In this document: piece by piece, positions 31,501-41,731 of the stretch
How positions within the stretch are numbered: the stretch's first letter is position 1
Layout of the letters: each line of letters starts with the position of its first letter
IMG/VR virus record: IMGVR_UViG_3300007759_000001
Source of the DNA: an uncultured virus (IMG/VR IMGVR_UViG_3300007759_000001)
Taxonomy: Duplodnaviria; Heunggongvirae; Uroviricota; Caudoviricetes
Direction: 5' to 3' (one strand)
DNA: 64,000 nucleotides
Program-made: the position numbers and the translations under genes
Notes under the pieces: generated by a model
Seen by the model: only the letters and a program-made list of their open reading frames with translations
Told to the model about the DNA's origin: nothing
The model's database searches: none

Positions 31501-33441
31501 CTAGATCTTACCTCTAGTGTCTGCCTCAGAAAGAAAGTCTTCCATCAGACTTGCGGCAGTTACGCCTTCCGACCCTTCTGCCGTACCTTCAGTGGCCGCA
31601 TCCACTACGGAACGCTTGTGGTTGATGAGGCTATAGACCGATTCATCAATAGTTCCAGCCGCCAAAGCATGAGTTATCTGTACGCTTCCCTTGGTTCCTA
31701 TGCGGTGTATTCGCGCAGACACCTGATCCACATCTGCGGGTGTCCAAGGATGCTCAATAAAAAGCATGTCCTGTGCAGCCGTCAGAGTGTGTCCAGCCTT
31801 GGAAGCCTGAATGGACAGCACAATCACAGGAGCATCTTCCGCCGATTGCTCCATGAATGCGCTCTTGGCCTTCTCTACATCGTCTACTTTCATCCCGCCT
31901 TGGATTTTCAACCCGCCATATTCATCCGCTAAGGCATCAACGATTTCACGATGATGGGCAGCCAACACCACCTTGCGTCCTTCGTTGATGCGGATCTGAA
32001 CCCATTCGTCCACTGCTTTGAGTTTTGACTTGGCTGCGATTTTCTTTAGAACGGAAAGCCTGACCAAATGTTCGTGTGCTTCTGCTTTGAATCTGGCCCG
32101 CACCGCAGCGCTCCTTGGATCCTGACCTAGTTCGGCAGCCAACTCAGCAGCCCGGTCAGCAAGGAACTGAACGATGTCCTCTTCTGCCTGTTTGTATTCC
32201 TTTGCGTATTTGGGATCAGGTTCGATCATCCATTCAGAATGCCGGATGGGTGGAAGATCCTTGAGGACTTGATCTTTAGTCCTTCTTATATAGCACGATC
32301 CCCTGAGGCGTTCGTTGAGTTCATCTAGGTTGGTGGCTCCGTCGATGTGCCATTGCTTGAACCGGTCTTGGAAGGCTCCGCAGTACCTCTTGTAGAAGGC
32401 CCAGAGTCCTCCGAATTCCTTAAGTCTTCCGATGATTTCCAGTTGGGGTCCGTACTCAGCCGGACGAGATGTAATAGGCGTTCCAGTAAGGCAAAAAACC
32501 AACCCTGTATTCGGTACTGTTTTTGCGAGTTTCTGGGCACACTTTGTTCTCTTCGCTTTGGGATTTTTGAGATAGTGGCTTTCGTCAAATATGTAGGACT
32601 GGTATCCCTTCAACGCTTCGGGGTGATAGTCGATGTTGGAATACCCAATGATAGTGAAGTCTGCTTCTTCCTCTGGAAACTCGCTTCGGTTGATCACCCG
32701 TCGCCATGTTCGACTTGGAAAGAACTTGTCGATTTCCGTGGCCCAATTCAACGCCAAGTTGGGTGGACATACGATGAGAGAGGGGTACGCATTTTCGCAT
32801 TGGACCGCAGCCAACGACATGACTGATTTTCCGGTTCCCATTTCGTCTGCTAGGAACAGTTTCTTATGATCTACGAGGTATTGAACTCCGGCCTTCTGGT
32901 AGGGGAGCAATTCACCAACAAGGTCTGGAACTTCAATCTCAGCGTTCAGTGAACGGGAAGCAGCAATCTTCTGTGCTTGCTCCTCAATAACCTTGAGTTC
33001 CATCGACTCAAGTTCTTCGGGAACATTCATCCGGAAGTTTCGTGCGAACTGAAGTGCTTGGGAAAGACTGGATCTTGGAGCCTCCCAAACCTTCTTCTTC
33101 GTGTTCCACCACGAACCTGCGATTTGACGAACAGCAGCGACCTTCACGGAATCATAGGCAAACCTGATGATCAGACTTTCGTCAACCAGTTCTATTCCCT
33201 GCATCTCATAAGGAGGGTCAGGCAGATCCAACACGCGCAGATCAGGATCAAGCCAATAATCGAACTGAACGGCAAAGATCTTCAAGGGCTTCAAACTGGA
33301 AACTGGGATTCTCCACACTTGGCCCAGTCGATCCCACTTAGCGCCCGGAACCCCCTTGATAGCAGCCACTTCATTGGCCTCATAGGGGCTGTTCAGAACT
33401 ATTTGGTCATCGTTGAGGCGAATCGCCTTTTCGGTGGTCAT
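31501..33441 (-). CDS. SNF2-family helicase (two HARP-like N-terminal repeats)
   Basis: LADEMGTGKS, IFDESH, LTGTP, ARIHRIG. Confidence 0.92.
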   Translation of the reverse strand: MTTEKAIRLNDDQIVLNSPYEANEVAAIKGVPGAKWDRLGQVWRIPVSSLKPLKIFAVQFDYWLDPDLRVLDLPDPPYEMQGIELVDESLIIRFAYDSVKVAAVRQIAGSWWNTKKKVWEAPRSSLSQALQFARNFRMNVPEELESMELKVIEEQAQKIAASRSLNAEIEVPDLVGELLPYQKAGVQYLVDHKKLFLADEMGTGKSVMSLAAVQCENAYPSLIVCPPNLALNWATEIDKFFPSRTWRRVINRSEFPEEEADFTIIGYSNIDYHPEALKGYQSYIFDESHYLKNPKAKRTKCAQKLAKTVPNTGLVFCLTGTPITSRPAEYGPQLEIIGRLKEFGGLWAFYKRYCGAFQDRFKQWHIDGATNLDELNERLRGSCYIRRTKDQVLKDLPPIRHSEWMIEPDPKYAKEYKQAEEDIVQFLADRAAELAAELGQDPRSAAVRARFKAEAHEHLVRLSVLKKIAAKSKLKAVDEWVQIRINEGRKVVLAAHHREIVDALADEYGGLKIQGGMKVDDVEKAKSAFMEQSAEDAPVIVLSIQASKAGHTLTAAQDMLFIEHPWTPADVDQVSARIHRIGTKGSVQITHALAAGTIDESVYSLINHKRSVVDAATEGTAEGSEGVTAASLMEDFLSEADTRGKI

Positions 33442-33532
33442 GTTGATTCCAACCTACTACAAATCTAAATGCTTGACAAATGACTCCGGATGGGATAGTA
33501 TTATCTCAACGACCTTTGAGGAGGTAGAAAAT

Positions 33533-34537
33533 ATGAGTCACGAATTAGAAGTATCAGGAAGCGGCGAAGCCAGTTTCGCCTATCGTAAAGAAGGTGGTGC
33601 GCCATGGCACCGGCTGGGCGTAGCCCTGTCGGGATACCAGACGGCACCAGCCATCCTAGAGGCAGCGAAGGCCGACTATGAGGTTACCCTCCTGCCCGTA
33701 AAGTACATCACCCCCAATGGGATCTTGATGGAAATGGAAGACAGGCACATCACGGCCCGTCTGAACGATGACGGTGGCGTCGTTCCGTTTGAGGTTGTGA
33801 AAGACCGATACCGGATCGTACAGAACTCCACGGTCTTGGAGAAGGCTTTGAATGTTGTCGGAGCCTCCGCAGGCGATGCCATTATGGATACAGCAGGCGT
33901 CCTCAAGGACGGTCGTGAGTTCTTCGCGACCATTGACTTGGGAACCCTCGTTCTGGATCCCATGGGCGTAGCCGACAGGATCCAGCGGTTCCTTGTCGTT
34001 CATACAAGCCACGATGGCACCACGCCGATCACCTATGCGAATACCGACATTCGGGCCGTCTGTGCAAACACGGTTCGCATGGGATTGAAGTCTGCACGAT
34101 CCGTAGTGACTGCTCGTCATACGGCCAATTACAACAGGGCTTTGGAAGAGGCCAACGAGGTTCTCCAGATCTCACGGGATTGGGCGAGTGAATTCAGCGC
34201 CAAAGCGGAGAGGCTGCTTGCGGCTCCTATGCCTGCTTCCAGCAACAAGATTGACAGCGTTCTGAATGGTCTGTGGCCTGAGAGGGATGCAGATACCGAC
34301 CGTAAGAAGGTCAACCGCGACGAAACCATTTCGATGGTTCGTTCCCTGTACGGGAATGCGAAGAACGCAGGTGGTTATGGCTACAACGGTTGGAGCCTGT
34401 TGAACGCAGTTGGGGAATACTACGACCATCATTGGTTCGATGACCCGAAGCGCAACGCAATGGCTGCGATGACGATTGGGAACAAGTCCCATCTGATGAA
34501 GGCCAAAGCAACAGATTTGATTCTACAGACTGTTTAG
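33533..34537 (+). CDS. DUF932-family phage/plasmid protein
   Basis: PWHRLG, Y.IVQN, TSHDG, IRAVCANT, HT, WSLLNAV.EY.DH; preceded by TTGACA promoter and GAGGAGG. Confidence 0.88.
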   Translation: MSHELEVSGSGEASFAYRKEGGAPWHRLGVALSGYQTAPAILEAAKADYEVTLLPVKYITPNGILMEMEDRHITARLNDDGGVVPFEVVKDRYRIVQNSTVLEKALNVVGASAGDAIMDTAGVLKDGREFFATIDLGTLVLDPMGVADRIQRFLVVHTSHDGTTPITYANTDIRAVCANTVRMGLKSARSVVTARHTANYNRALEEANEVLQISRDWASEFSAKAERLLAAPMPASSNKIDSVLNGLWPERDADTDRKKVNRDETISMVRSLYGNAKNAGGYGYNGWSLLNAVGEYYDHHWFDDPKRNAMAAMTIGNKSHLMKAKATDLILQTV

Positions 34538-34548
34538 AATCGTCTCCG

Positions 34549-34878
34549 ATGCCAAGGCCAAAGTTCAGGGTTATCCCTATGGATCAAGAGGAACCAAAAC
34601 AAACGCAACTGGATTTCATGCTAGATGAACTCCAAGAATCGAATCCCAAAGCATTGCGTTTTGTTGATCCAACTTTTGACGAAGCCATTATCGGCATCGG
34701 TTGCCAATACTCAAAAGACCCAGTCCTCGTCTATGACGAACAAAAGATGGTAGAACATCTCGTCTGGACAGAGGGCTGGGACTTTGAGGATGCTTGGGAC
34801 TTCCTAAGTCACAACACGTTCAACGCGTGGTTGGGCGAGGGAACCCCAATTATTCTTAAAACAATTCACGATTGGTAA
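34549..34878 (+). CDS. Conserved hypothetical phage protein
   Basis: FDEAIIG...VYD..KM...A.DF..HN...AW.GEGTP. Confidence 0.75.
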   Translation: MPRPKFRVIPMDQEEPKQTQLDFMLDELQESNPKALRFVDPTFDEAIIGIGCQYSKDPVLVYDEQKMVEHLVWTEGWDFEDAWDFLSHNTFNAWLGEGTPIILKTIHDW

Positions 34879-34882
34879 AATT

Positions 34883-35479
34883 ATGTGGTTACCTCCAAAC
34901 AAGGTCGTTCTGACCGAAGAGATGAAAGCGGAGGCCCAACAGATGGCTGACGCCATGGGCGACGGGACAGGTCGTCGTGGTTCTATTCTGGAAGGTGGGG
35001 GCGACCTCTTGGGTTGTCTTGGAGAACTCGCCTTCAAGGAAGTTCTGACAACACACCAGTACCAGTTCCCGTTAGAGATCGAACACAAGCCCAACCCCCA
35101 TTACGATCTAGATGTCAACCAGATCAAGATCGACGTAAAAACCAAATGGGCCAAAACCATGCCCGACAAACTTTGGGAGGGCAGCGTTGCCATGGGTCGT
35201 GAAGACAACCAAGACGTAGATGCTTTCGCCTTTATGCGTATCGGCTACCACGAAGAAGCAATGGTTGACGGAGTGAAGGTGCCGGGGAACGTCGGCTGGT
35301 TCATAGGATGGTTATCGAAGAAGGACTTCTACGACCGTGCCACCCCTTTGAAAAAGGGTGAAGTGGATCCTCGTCCATCAAACAACAATCAGTTCAGGTC
35401 ACACAAAGACCAGTGGAACGTTTATCATTACCAAATGAATCGTTATCTCAAGGATTTGGTCGGCCCGGAACTATTTTAG
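34883..35479 (+). CDS. PD-(D/E)XK nuclease-like hypothetical protein
   Basis: G.LGELAF...YDL....IDVKT. Confidence 0.6.
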   Translation: MWLPPNKVVLTEEMKAEAQQMADAMGDGTGRRGSILEGGGDLLGCLGELAFKEVLTTHQYQFPLEIEHKPNPHYDLDVNQIKIDVKTKWAKTMPDKLWEGSVAMGREDNQDVDAFAFMRIGYHEEAMVDGVKVPGNVGWFIGWLSKKDFYDRATPLKKGEVDPRPSNNNQFRSHKDQWNVYHYQMNRYLKDLVGPELF

Positions 35480-35534
35480 TGGACTTACAACCTACTATTA
35501 GTAGTAGTGGTACCTTGGTTGTGGGAGGTTAATC

Positions 35535-35714
35535 ATGATTCACTGTCCCAAATGTTCTAACGATTTAAGCGAAGAAGCCGAAAGCGGCGCTACAACCGGG
35601 ATGTGGACATTCCGGATTGTCTGCGAATGCGGCAGACATTACCTGTGGCGACAAGGCAGAATATTTGCTATGCGAACTGCGAGTACCCCTTCACCTTCGC
35701 CCGTTTCTCGCTGA
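35535..35714 (+). CDS. Small zinc-ribbon protein (59 aa)
   Basis: GGAGG RBS; MIHCPKC...VCECG read manually. Confidence 0.55.
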   Translation: MIHCPKCSNDLSEEAESGATTGMWTFRIVCECGRHYLWRQGRIFAMRTASTPSPSPVSR

Positions 35715-35964
35715 GTGGTGTCCAATTTCTGCGGATAATCCTCCGCTCTCTGTCGGTCGTCCCACCCCATATGCCTAGTTCGTGGTTGACGATGGCGTAG
35801 TCAAGGCAGTCTCGCTTCACCGGACAACCTCTACAAATTGCATACGCCCGAATTCTTTTTACCCGCTGCTGCGGGTCACCACGAAGGATGAAAAAGTCGG
35901 CAGTGTCCTGATCCCGACACGCCGCACCCTTCATCCAATCGTCAATACCGCTAACATTTTCCAT
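35668..35964 (-). CDS. whiB: WhiB-family transcription factor
   Basis: W...AAC...FF...C..CPV...CL.YA....GIWGGT...ER. Confidence 0.92.
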   Translation of the reverse strand: MENVSGIDDWMKGAACRDQDTADFFILRGDPQQRVKRIRAYAICRGCPVKRDCLDYAIVNHELGIWGGTTDRERRIIRRNWTPLSEKRAKVKGYSQFA

Positions 35965-35973
35965 AGCGACCCC

Positions 35974-37659
35974 TCACATAGTGGTGAATTCAAGAACAAT
36001 AAACGGCCACTCATCGTCGTTGCCACGACGCATCCGAACCGGCCATTCCCGCTGATCTCTCATTCCACGGTAATGATTGACTTCCATTGTGTTGGGATCT
36101 GTCGGGTCAGGGCTGATAGCAATACCGAACTCAGACCATCGACTCCAAACGGCTGAACCAAACGGCCTCAAATCCCTGCTGGTACCTGACCCCAATGGGG
36201 CATGATGTTCCAACCAGAGAGCGCAATCATATTCATATCGGATGTAATCAAAAAACTTTGCCACTTCTGTAGTTACCGATTCAGAGGTACGTCCACCCGG
36301 ATCCAAGAACGCTTTGTACAGCGGACCCAAAACCAGTAGGTCTGGTTGAGTCTCATCAATCCAACCAATAAGTTTGTTGCGGTCCTCAACCTTGAGCAGA
36401 TCCAGTCCGTCGGGTTTTACGACGAGATTGGCTTCCATCTCTTTCGCCTTCCCTACCATGTCGATCCGATGGTAGATACGACGGGCTGTCCTGCGAATGA
36501 TTCGTTCAGGGTTTTCCAAGTCGATAAACAAGGTCTTTATCGGAGGCATCTTGTCTCGTTTGAATGGATGAATCCCTGCTGCCGCCATTAACGCAACTTG
36601 TCTTGCTAGGAAGGTTTTCCCAACTCCCTCCGCTGCAACAACGATGACCCGTTCTTGACGTTCCAACAGGTGAGGGATCAACCATTCATATTGGTCACTG
36701 GCTTCCTCTTGCAGCAGGGTTGCCCAATCAACCAGTCGCCCCGGTTCCTCCAAGGAGTTATCGACATTGAAACCGTCCAGTAATCGTTGAGCCTTGTTGA
36801 CCCGTTGAGCCAGTGGGAGACTGTGGTCTAGATCCATGAGCGATTCGACAAAGTTCGTGAACTCGTCACGGATCTCACCTGCCACAATCTCAAGATCTGA
36901 AAGTTCCAAACCGGATCCGATGTGATCCGAAATATCCTTACCTCGGGTGGGCTTAAATACCTTTACCTTCGATCCGGCTTTACGAAGTTGAGCGGCAACA
37001 TTGCTTGCGTGAATCTCGCCGGGTCTGTCATTATCGGCAATAATGACAACCTTTGCTCCAGCCAACGCCTTTGTATGGTTTGGCAACCACTTCTCTTGAC
37101 CTTCGGCTCCTGCCCCACCGGGATTACAGGTAGCAACCTTCCCTAGTCGCTCCAGAGTGGCAACATCCTTTTCACCCTCTACGACGTAAACGATCCTATC
37201 GTTTTTGATCTGCTCAATAATCTCAGGCAATCGGTACAGGGGTTTTTCTATTCCCTGAGTCCCCCAAACCCATTCACCATTTTCGTAACGTTGCTGACGG
37301 AAAGTTTTCCCGCCATCGTCTTCACGGAAACGAAGCACTTGCATCACCGGATCTCCGGCAGCGTTCTTGTAGACGTAGGTATCTTCTAGTTTCATTTTAC
37401 CTTTAGACTTCTTTTCCCCTGAATCCGGAAACAACTCGTTTGGCTTGAGTCCCATGGATTCACAAATTTGACCAAAATCACAGCCGTCGCCACGATGGCA
37501 ATTGAGCAGAACCTGTCCTTCACGGCCCAACCCAACAGTAAGGGAAGGATTTTGATCATCTCCCCGGCAGGGACAAGCAGCGTTCCAGCCGGTTCCAGAA
37601 CTTGTTACCTTGTTCAAACGAGAAAGAACGAGATCTATTTCAGGTGTTCTATCAGCCAC
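35974..37659 (-). CDS. Primase-helicase (Zn-binding + TOPRIM + RepA/DnaB-like AAA)
   Basis: ACPC..D..PSL; VEGEKD, DND..G; Walker A AAEGVGKT; FGS..W. Confidence 0.9.
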   Translation of the reverse strand: MADRTPEIDLVLSRLNKVTSSGTGWNAACPCRGDDQNPSLTVGLGREGQVLLNCHRGDGCDFGQICESMGLKPNELFPDSGEKKSKGKMKLEDTYVYKNAAGDPVMQVLRFREDDGGKTFRQQRYENGEWVWGTQGIEKPLYRLPEIIEQIKNDRIVYVVEGEKDVATLERLGKVATCNPGGAGAEGQEKWLPNHTKALAGAKVVIIADNDRPGEIHASNVAAQLRKAGSKVKVFKPTRGKDISDHIGSGLELSDLEIVAGEIRDEFTNFVESLMDLDHSLPLAQRVNKAQRLLDGFNVDNSLEEPGRLVDWATLLQEEASDQYEWLIPHLLERQERVIVVAAEGVGKTFLARQVALMAAAGIHPFKRDKMPPIKTLFIDLENPERIIRRTARRIYHRIDMVGKAKEMEANLVVKPDGLDLLKVEDRNKLIGWIDETQPDLLVLGPLYKAFLDPGGRTSESVTTEVAKFFDYIRYEYDCALWLEHHAPLGSGTSRDLRPFGSAVWSRWSEFGIAISPDPTDPNTMEVNHYRGMRDQREWPVRMRRGNDDEWPFIVLEFTTM

Positions 37660-38134
37660 CTAGATACCTGCTTCTTTCTGCCTTTAGAACTATCGCTTCA
37701 TAAGCCTTTAGAAATAGTTCTCTATCAGAATTCGTTCTTAGACCTGCACCATTCTTGGGAAATGAACGCATAGTTTCTCCCACCAAATCGTGGGGCTTGT
37801 TGAAACTGGTTCCAGATTCAGCCGCATCTATGGCAGCACGAAACTGTGACCAAGCCTGAGGCGCAGCCGGGATTTCATCTCCCAACGCAAGGTCAATAGC
37901 CAATCGCCTGACCTGTCCCACCCGCGGCAGGCGCTGCTGATCCAAAACTATTATTTGGTCAACTGCTTCATTCACTGAATCGGCTGACAAGTCTTCAAGG
38001 AACTTCCACCATAATGAACACCGTTCCTTGAACGGAGGACCGCCCGTGGCAGCATCCCAGTTGATGCACACCTTTTTTAAGATAGGGACGAGATCTGACT
38101 TTTCCACTGTCAGATTAGAACATTGTGTCTTCAC
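37652..38134 (-). CDS. Helicase loader/inhibitor-like protein
   Basis: W...L.DL....V..A......P.V..VR, AW..., directly upstream of primase-helicase. Confidence 0.55.
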   Translation of the reverse strand: MKTQCSNLTVEKSDLVPILKKVCINWDAATGGPPFKERCSLWWKFLEDLSADSVNEAVDQIIVLDQQRLPRVGQVRRLAIDLALGDEIPAAPQAWSQFRAAIDAAESGTSFNKPHDLVGETMRSFPKNGAGLRTNSDRELFLKAYEAIVLKAERSRYLGG

Positions 38135-38462
38135 CGTTGGCGAAGGCTTCTAAGACTTCAAAGCCATCTTCCGCCTTGTCGCAAAGTTCCAAAAACATTT
38201 CAATGTGCTGCTCGTCTCTTAAGATCAATTCGATATCGTCGTACTTTTTTCCCTGCGGGTTATGCCCCATATGCCATGGAGAGTTGGTGCATCCACGGAT
38301 AGCGTCCTTGCAGTCTTGAATGCCATACATTCTGATAGCCTGCTTGATTTTCCTGCGACGCTTTTCCCCAAGAACCGGTTTACGTCCTTTGGGAGAGGTT
38401 CGGCAGAGAAGCACCCATTCTTGGAATACCTCAAAGACTTCTTCTGGCGATGGTTCGGACAT
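38115..38462 (-). CDS. Phage replication-initiator C-terminal-like protein
   Basis: RR.KI..A...YG...CK.AI.G....PWHMG.N....YDDIELILR. Confidence 0.55.
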   Translation of the reverse strand: MSEPSPEEVFEVFQEWVLLCRTSPKGRKPVLGEKRRRKIKQAIRMYGIQDCKDAIRGCTNSPWHMGHNPQGKKYDDIELILRDEQHIEMFLELCDKAEDGFEVLEAFANGEDTMF

Positions 38463-38526
38463 GGGTACCCTTCCTTCCGTCCTGTCCGTCCATCATAGAT
38501 CATGGATTCAGGTTCCGCAAATGGGG

Positions 38527-38598
38527 TGGGAGTGGCGGGGATCGAACCCGCGCTCTTCGGATTAAAAGTCCGCTGCCTTACCGCTTGGCTACACTCCC
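38527..38598 (-). tRNA. tRNA-Lys (anticodon UUU)
   Basis: Cloverleaf GGGAGTG TAGCCAAGCGGTAAGGCA GCGGA-CTTTTAA-TCCGA AGAGC GCGGG-TTCGATC-CCCGC CACTCCC A. Confidence 0.93.
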
Positions 38599-38600
38599 GC

Positions 38601-39002
38601 CTATGGGGTGGTGTCTCGTATCTGCCTTCTCGTTAAAGAGATCGTTGCGGAATCTACGACCATTCGTCCCCACTGATCAGGTCGGATCACTACATCAACC
38701 TGCTCGGGAGGAACCTTGAACCGACCAGCCAGAAGCGCTCTCATCTTTGACGCTTCCAACTCAGCGCCGGACAGATCGTCGTCGTAAGGACTCTCCACAG
38801 GGATGGCAAGAGACTGACTCATATCTTCAAACCTTTCAGCGTCGATGCATTTGATGCATCCAAGGACACCAGTCGGAGACTTGCGTTTTCTAACCACGCT
38901 ATGCCCGCACACCAACTGATGAACCCATTGGACATGACCATATTTGCCCAATTTGGTAACACTGACCATTTCCCGACGAGGGGCATTACGCGGACTGGGC
39001 AT
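38601..39002 (-). CDS. Hypothetical protein with Zn-ribbon (LVCGH...CIKC)
   Basis: Intact ORF in operon. Confidence 0.7.
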   Translation of the reverse strand: MPSPRNAPRREMVSVTKLGKYGHVQWVHQLVCGHSVVRKRKSPTGVLGCIKCIDAERFEDMSQSLAIPVESPYDDDLSGAELEASKMRALLAGRFKVPPEQVDVVIRPDQWGRMVVDSATISLTRRQIRDTTP

Positions 39003-39336
39003 CGCACCATTGGTGGGCAGATTGGATTGCTACTTCAAGGTTAGAGGACCAAGGCATACAGAGTGACATCCACCAGTCGGTATAAATCCATGGAAACTCT
39101 TCGGAGTGGATGTCAACGGTTTCATGCAACTTGATGATTACTTCATCCACTTTAGGCCACAAGCCCTTTTGAATCTCAATCCAGTCTTCTACCTTTTGCT
39201 GAAGTTCCTTGTCATCAGGTGTCATCAGGTAACGATGGACACAGGAATCTCCCTGTTTGGGCAACTGGCGTTCAAACGAAGAGATCTCAATGGCTTGAAC
39301 TAAATCTTCTGGAATTGAAAAGGTTGTTTCTGACAT
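38986..39336 (-). CDS. Hypothetical protein
   Basis: Intact ORF overlapping downstream gene. Confidence 0.6.
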   Translation of the reverse strand: MSETTFSIPEDLVQAIEISSFERQLPKQGDSCVHRYLMTPDDKELQQKVEDWIEIQKGLWPKVDEVIIKLHETVDIHSEEFPWIYTDWWMSLCMPWSSNLEVAIQSAHQWCDAQSA

Positions 39337-39470
39337 GTTTTGAAACCCTTTGTAATAACTGTTATGAAATTCTTGCGGACTGACCCCTTTAGATGTTACA
39401 CTGTACGACATCGGTGCCGGTCGTGCAACATTACTAACAGCGACTGCAACTGTCAGAGGAGGGATTTGGA

Positions 39471-40412
39471 ATGCCGCTACCCAGAATACTCAAAATCGGG
39501 ATCGCTTTCATTTGTGCTGCTTTGGTTTCTCAGGCCCACATCAACAATGCATCACCGTCTGATCATCCCATGGCGCGTGCAGCGACAACAAACGTTAATC
39601 CAGAACTACTATTTGCCATAAGTACGACGACGACCAGTACGACTACCACGACGACGACTACGACCAGTACGACTACTACGACGATTGTTCACAAAGCGGT
39701 CGAACCACGCCACTCCACCAATTTCGCCAACCCGAACAACACCAATTTCGCCAACCCGAACAAAACGTATGAAGCCTCATTGCCTCCCGCTGGTTCAGCA
39801 AGCGACATTTGGTATGAGTCCTATCCTCCCGGCGGTTCTTTTGATTCGATCCCCTTCCTCATCGACAACCAATACGGCTTCTACGAGAAGGGTTCCCACA
39901 TCGCAGAATTGCAGCGCCTACTGGGGATGCGATATGTAGACGGCATCTATGGACCCGATACCCGCAAAATCCACATGGAATGGTTCGGTTCCACAGAAGC
40001 GGCCCAGAGATACTTCTACAACCGGAGCAACTGGTGGGTAGAAACCCACGATCCAGAAATAGATTGGCAGCACAACTGGATGAACTGGGAAGAACCTCCC
40101 ACGTTGCAAGAGTTGGTTGACATCTATTTCCTACCAGAAGACAGGGAATGGGCACTCAAGGTTGCCTTTTGTGAATCCAGTGGGCTACCCTCAGACTCCT
40201 ATTCAAACTCTGTCTCGTCGGCTCTGGCCGTAGGATGGTTCCAACATCTAAGCAAATTCTGGTTGGACAGAAGCACCGCTGCCGGATGGCGCGGCTATGA
40301 CATATTCGATACTGAGCCAAATGTTGCCGTAGCAGCATGGCTGTTCTATAGGAGCGGGGATTCCCACTGGAACCCGTCAAAAGCGTGCTGGGGAGGAACC
40401 GCACATGGCTAA
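39471..40412 (+). CDS. Secreted lytic-transglycosylase-like protein with Thr-rich linker and peptidoglycan-binding-like domain
   Basis: Signal peptide, poly-Thr, LQRLLG...VDGIYGP.T, CESSG...A.G.FQ...N..AAWL....HW. Confidence 0.8.
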   Translation: MPLPRILKIGIAFICAALVSQAHINNASPSDHPMARAATTNVNPELLFAISTTTTSTTTTTTTTTSTTTTTIVHKAVEPRHSTNFANPNNTNFANPNKTYEASLPPAGSASDIWYESYPPGGSFDSIPFLIDNQYGFYEKGSHIAELQRLLGMRYVDGIYGPDTRKIHMEWFGSTEAAQRYFYNRSNWWVETHDPEIDWQHNWMNWEEPPTLQELVDIYFLPEDREWALKVAFCESSGLPSDSYSNSVSSALAVGWFQHLSKFWLDRSTAAGWRGYDIFDTEPNVAVAAWLFYRSGDSHWNPSKACWGGTAHG

Positions 40413-40599
40413 TAAGATACTTGAAGAGGACGACACGAAGATCGTGTATCGGACTTCCTTTGGAATCCTCACCGTTTTCAAGAAAGACGCACCGGGCTTG
40501 AAGGACGGTAAAGCCGGAACGAGCCAGATGGTTCCCCATGAGGGTCAGCCAGTCGCCCGCCGGATGAAACTAAAGAAGAAATACCGGAACCAGTCATGA
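40405..40599 (+). CDS. Hypothetical protein
   Basis: GGAGGA RBS, coupled on both sides. Confidence 0.65.
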   Translation: MANKILEEDDTKIVYRTSFGILTVFKKDAPGLKDGKAGTSQMVPHEGQPVARRMKLKKKYRNQS

Positions 40600-41324
40600 G
40601 TTACGATCCCAACGCAGTAGATACCGACGCCGATTATCCGCTGCCCGCTCCCCATCCAGCGAAGTTCACCCCTAGACATCTGAACGCAATCACCGAAATC
40701 CTTGAAGACCTCTATGGACCCGGTAATGACGTTTCAATTTTGGATCCTTTCGCCGGTATAGGCACAATCCACGAACTGCCATTCACCACACGGGGCATCG
40801 AACTTGAACCAGAATGGGCAAACCAGCATCAACTAACAGACGTAGGAAGCGCCCTCAACACCAAATTCCCAAATGGGTGTTTCGACGCAGTCATAACCTC
40901 GCCCTGCTTCGGTAACAGGATGGCCGACCACCACGACGCTAAAGACGACAGCAAACGACACACCTACAGGCATTATTTGGGCAGACCTCTCACAGATGGA
41001 AGTTCTGCTGTCATGCAATGGGGCGAGGACTACCAACATTTCCACACAGAAGCATGGTCGGAAGCAAAGCGTGTCCTAAAACCCGGTGGAATTTTGATCA
41101 TCAACATCAAAGACCACGTTCGGGGTGGAGTAATTCAACATGTAACAAAATGGCATAGCGATACCTGTGTCCGTGTCGGATTCAAGCAGGTCGATACGAT
41201 CATTATTCCTGTTACGGGTTTAACACATGGAGAGAACTTCAATCAACGAATACCTCATGAGTCATTGCTAGTCTTTGAGAAACCATTGCTAAGAGCAGAA
41301 GCATCTGATATCATGGCGGGTTGA
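40596..41324 (+). CDS. DNA amino-methyltransferase-like protein (N4/N6 type)
   Basis: HPAKF, ILDPFAGIGT, variant motif IV TSPCF, RVLKPGG. Confidence 0.85.
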   Translation: MSYDPNAVDTDADYPLPAPHPAKFTPRHLNAITEILEDLYGPGNDVSILDPFAGIGTIHELPFTTRGIELEPEWANQHQLTDVGSALNTKFPNGCFDAVITSPCFGNRMADHHDAKDDSKRHTYRHYLGRPLTDGSSAVMQWGEDYQHFHTEAWSEAKRVLKPGGILIINIKDHVRGGVIQHVTKWHSDTCVRVGFKQVDTIIIPVTGLTHGENFNQRIPHESLLVFEKPLLRAEASDIMAG

Positions 41325-41731
41325 AGAGAGGAGTATTAGTGAGTAGAAACGCTGTTCGGGCTAAAATCCGACATAAGAATAAAGACATTCACTTGGGTTA
41401 TTATCAAACTCAAGCCCAAGCGACCGCAGCGAAGGCTGGAGCGCACGCGGCTTTGGACAAGTGGGAAGAACTCAACCCTCCTAAGCCCCCGCCGAAGCGG
41501 AAGTTGCCTAGCGTTGAAACGTTAAAGCACTTTATTTCTCAAGGTGTTTACGATCCTGTGATCGAACAACTCAAAGAGATCATTGTGGCTAGGTCTAATC
41601 TTGTTAAGCGAATGGAACAGGCCAGCAAGGCTGCAACTTGGTTTGGCAAAGGTGTAGATAGAACCATCGCAGAAGAAGATTTCAATGATATCCACGACCG
41701 ATACGGTAAGGATGGATATCTAATAGGTTAG
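41321..41731 (+). CDS. Hypothetical protein with AP2-like N-terminal DNA-binding motif
   Basis: RAKIRH....IHLGYY.T...A..A. Confidence 0.6.
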   Translation: MKRGVLVSRNAVRAKIRHKNKDIHLGYYQTQAQATAAKAGAHAALDKWEELNPPKPPPKRKLPSVETLKHFISQGVYDPVIEQLKEIIVARSNLVKRMEQASKAATWFGKGVDRTIAEEDFNDIHDRYGKDGYLIG

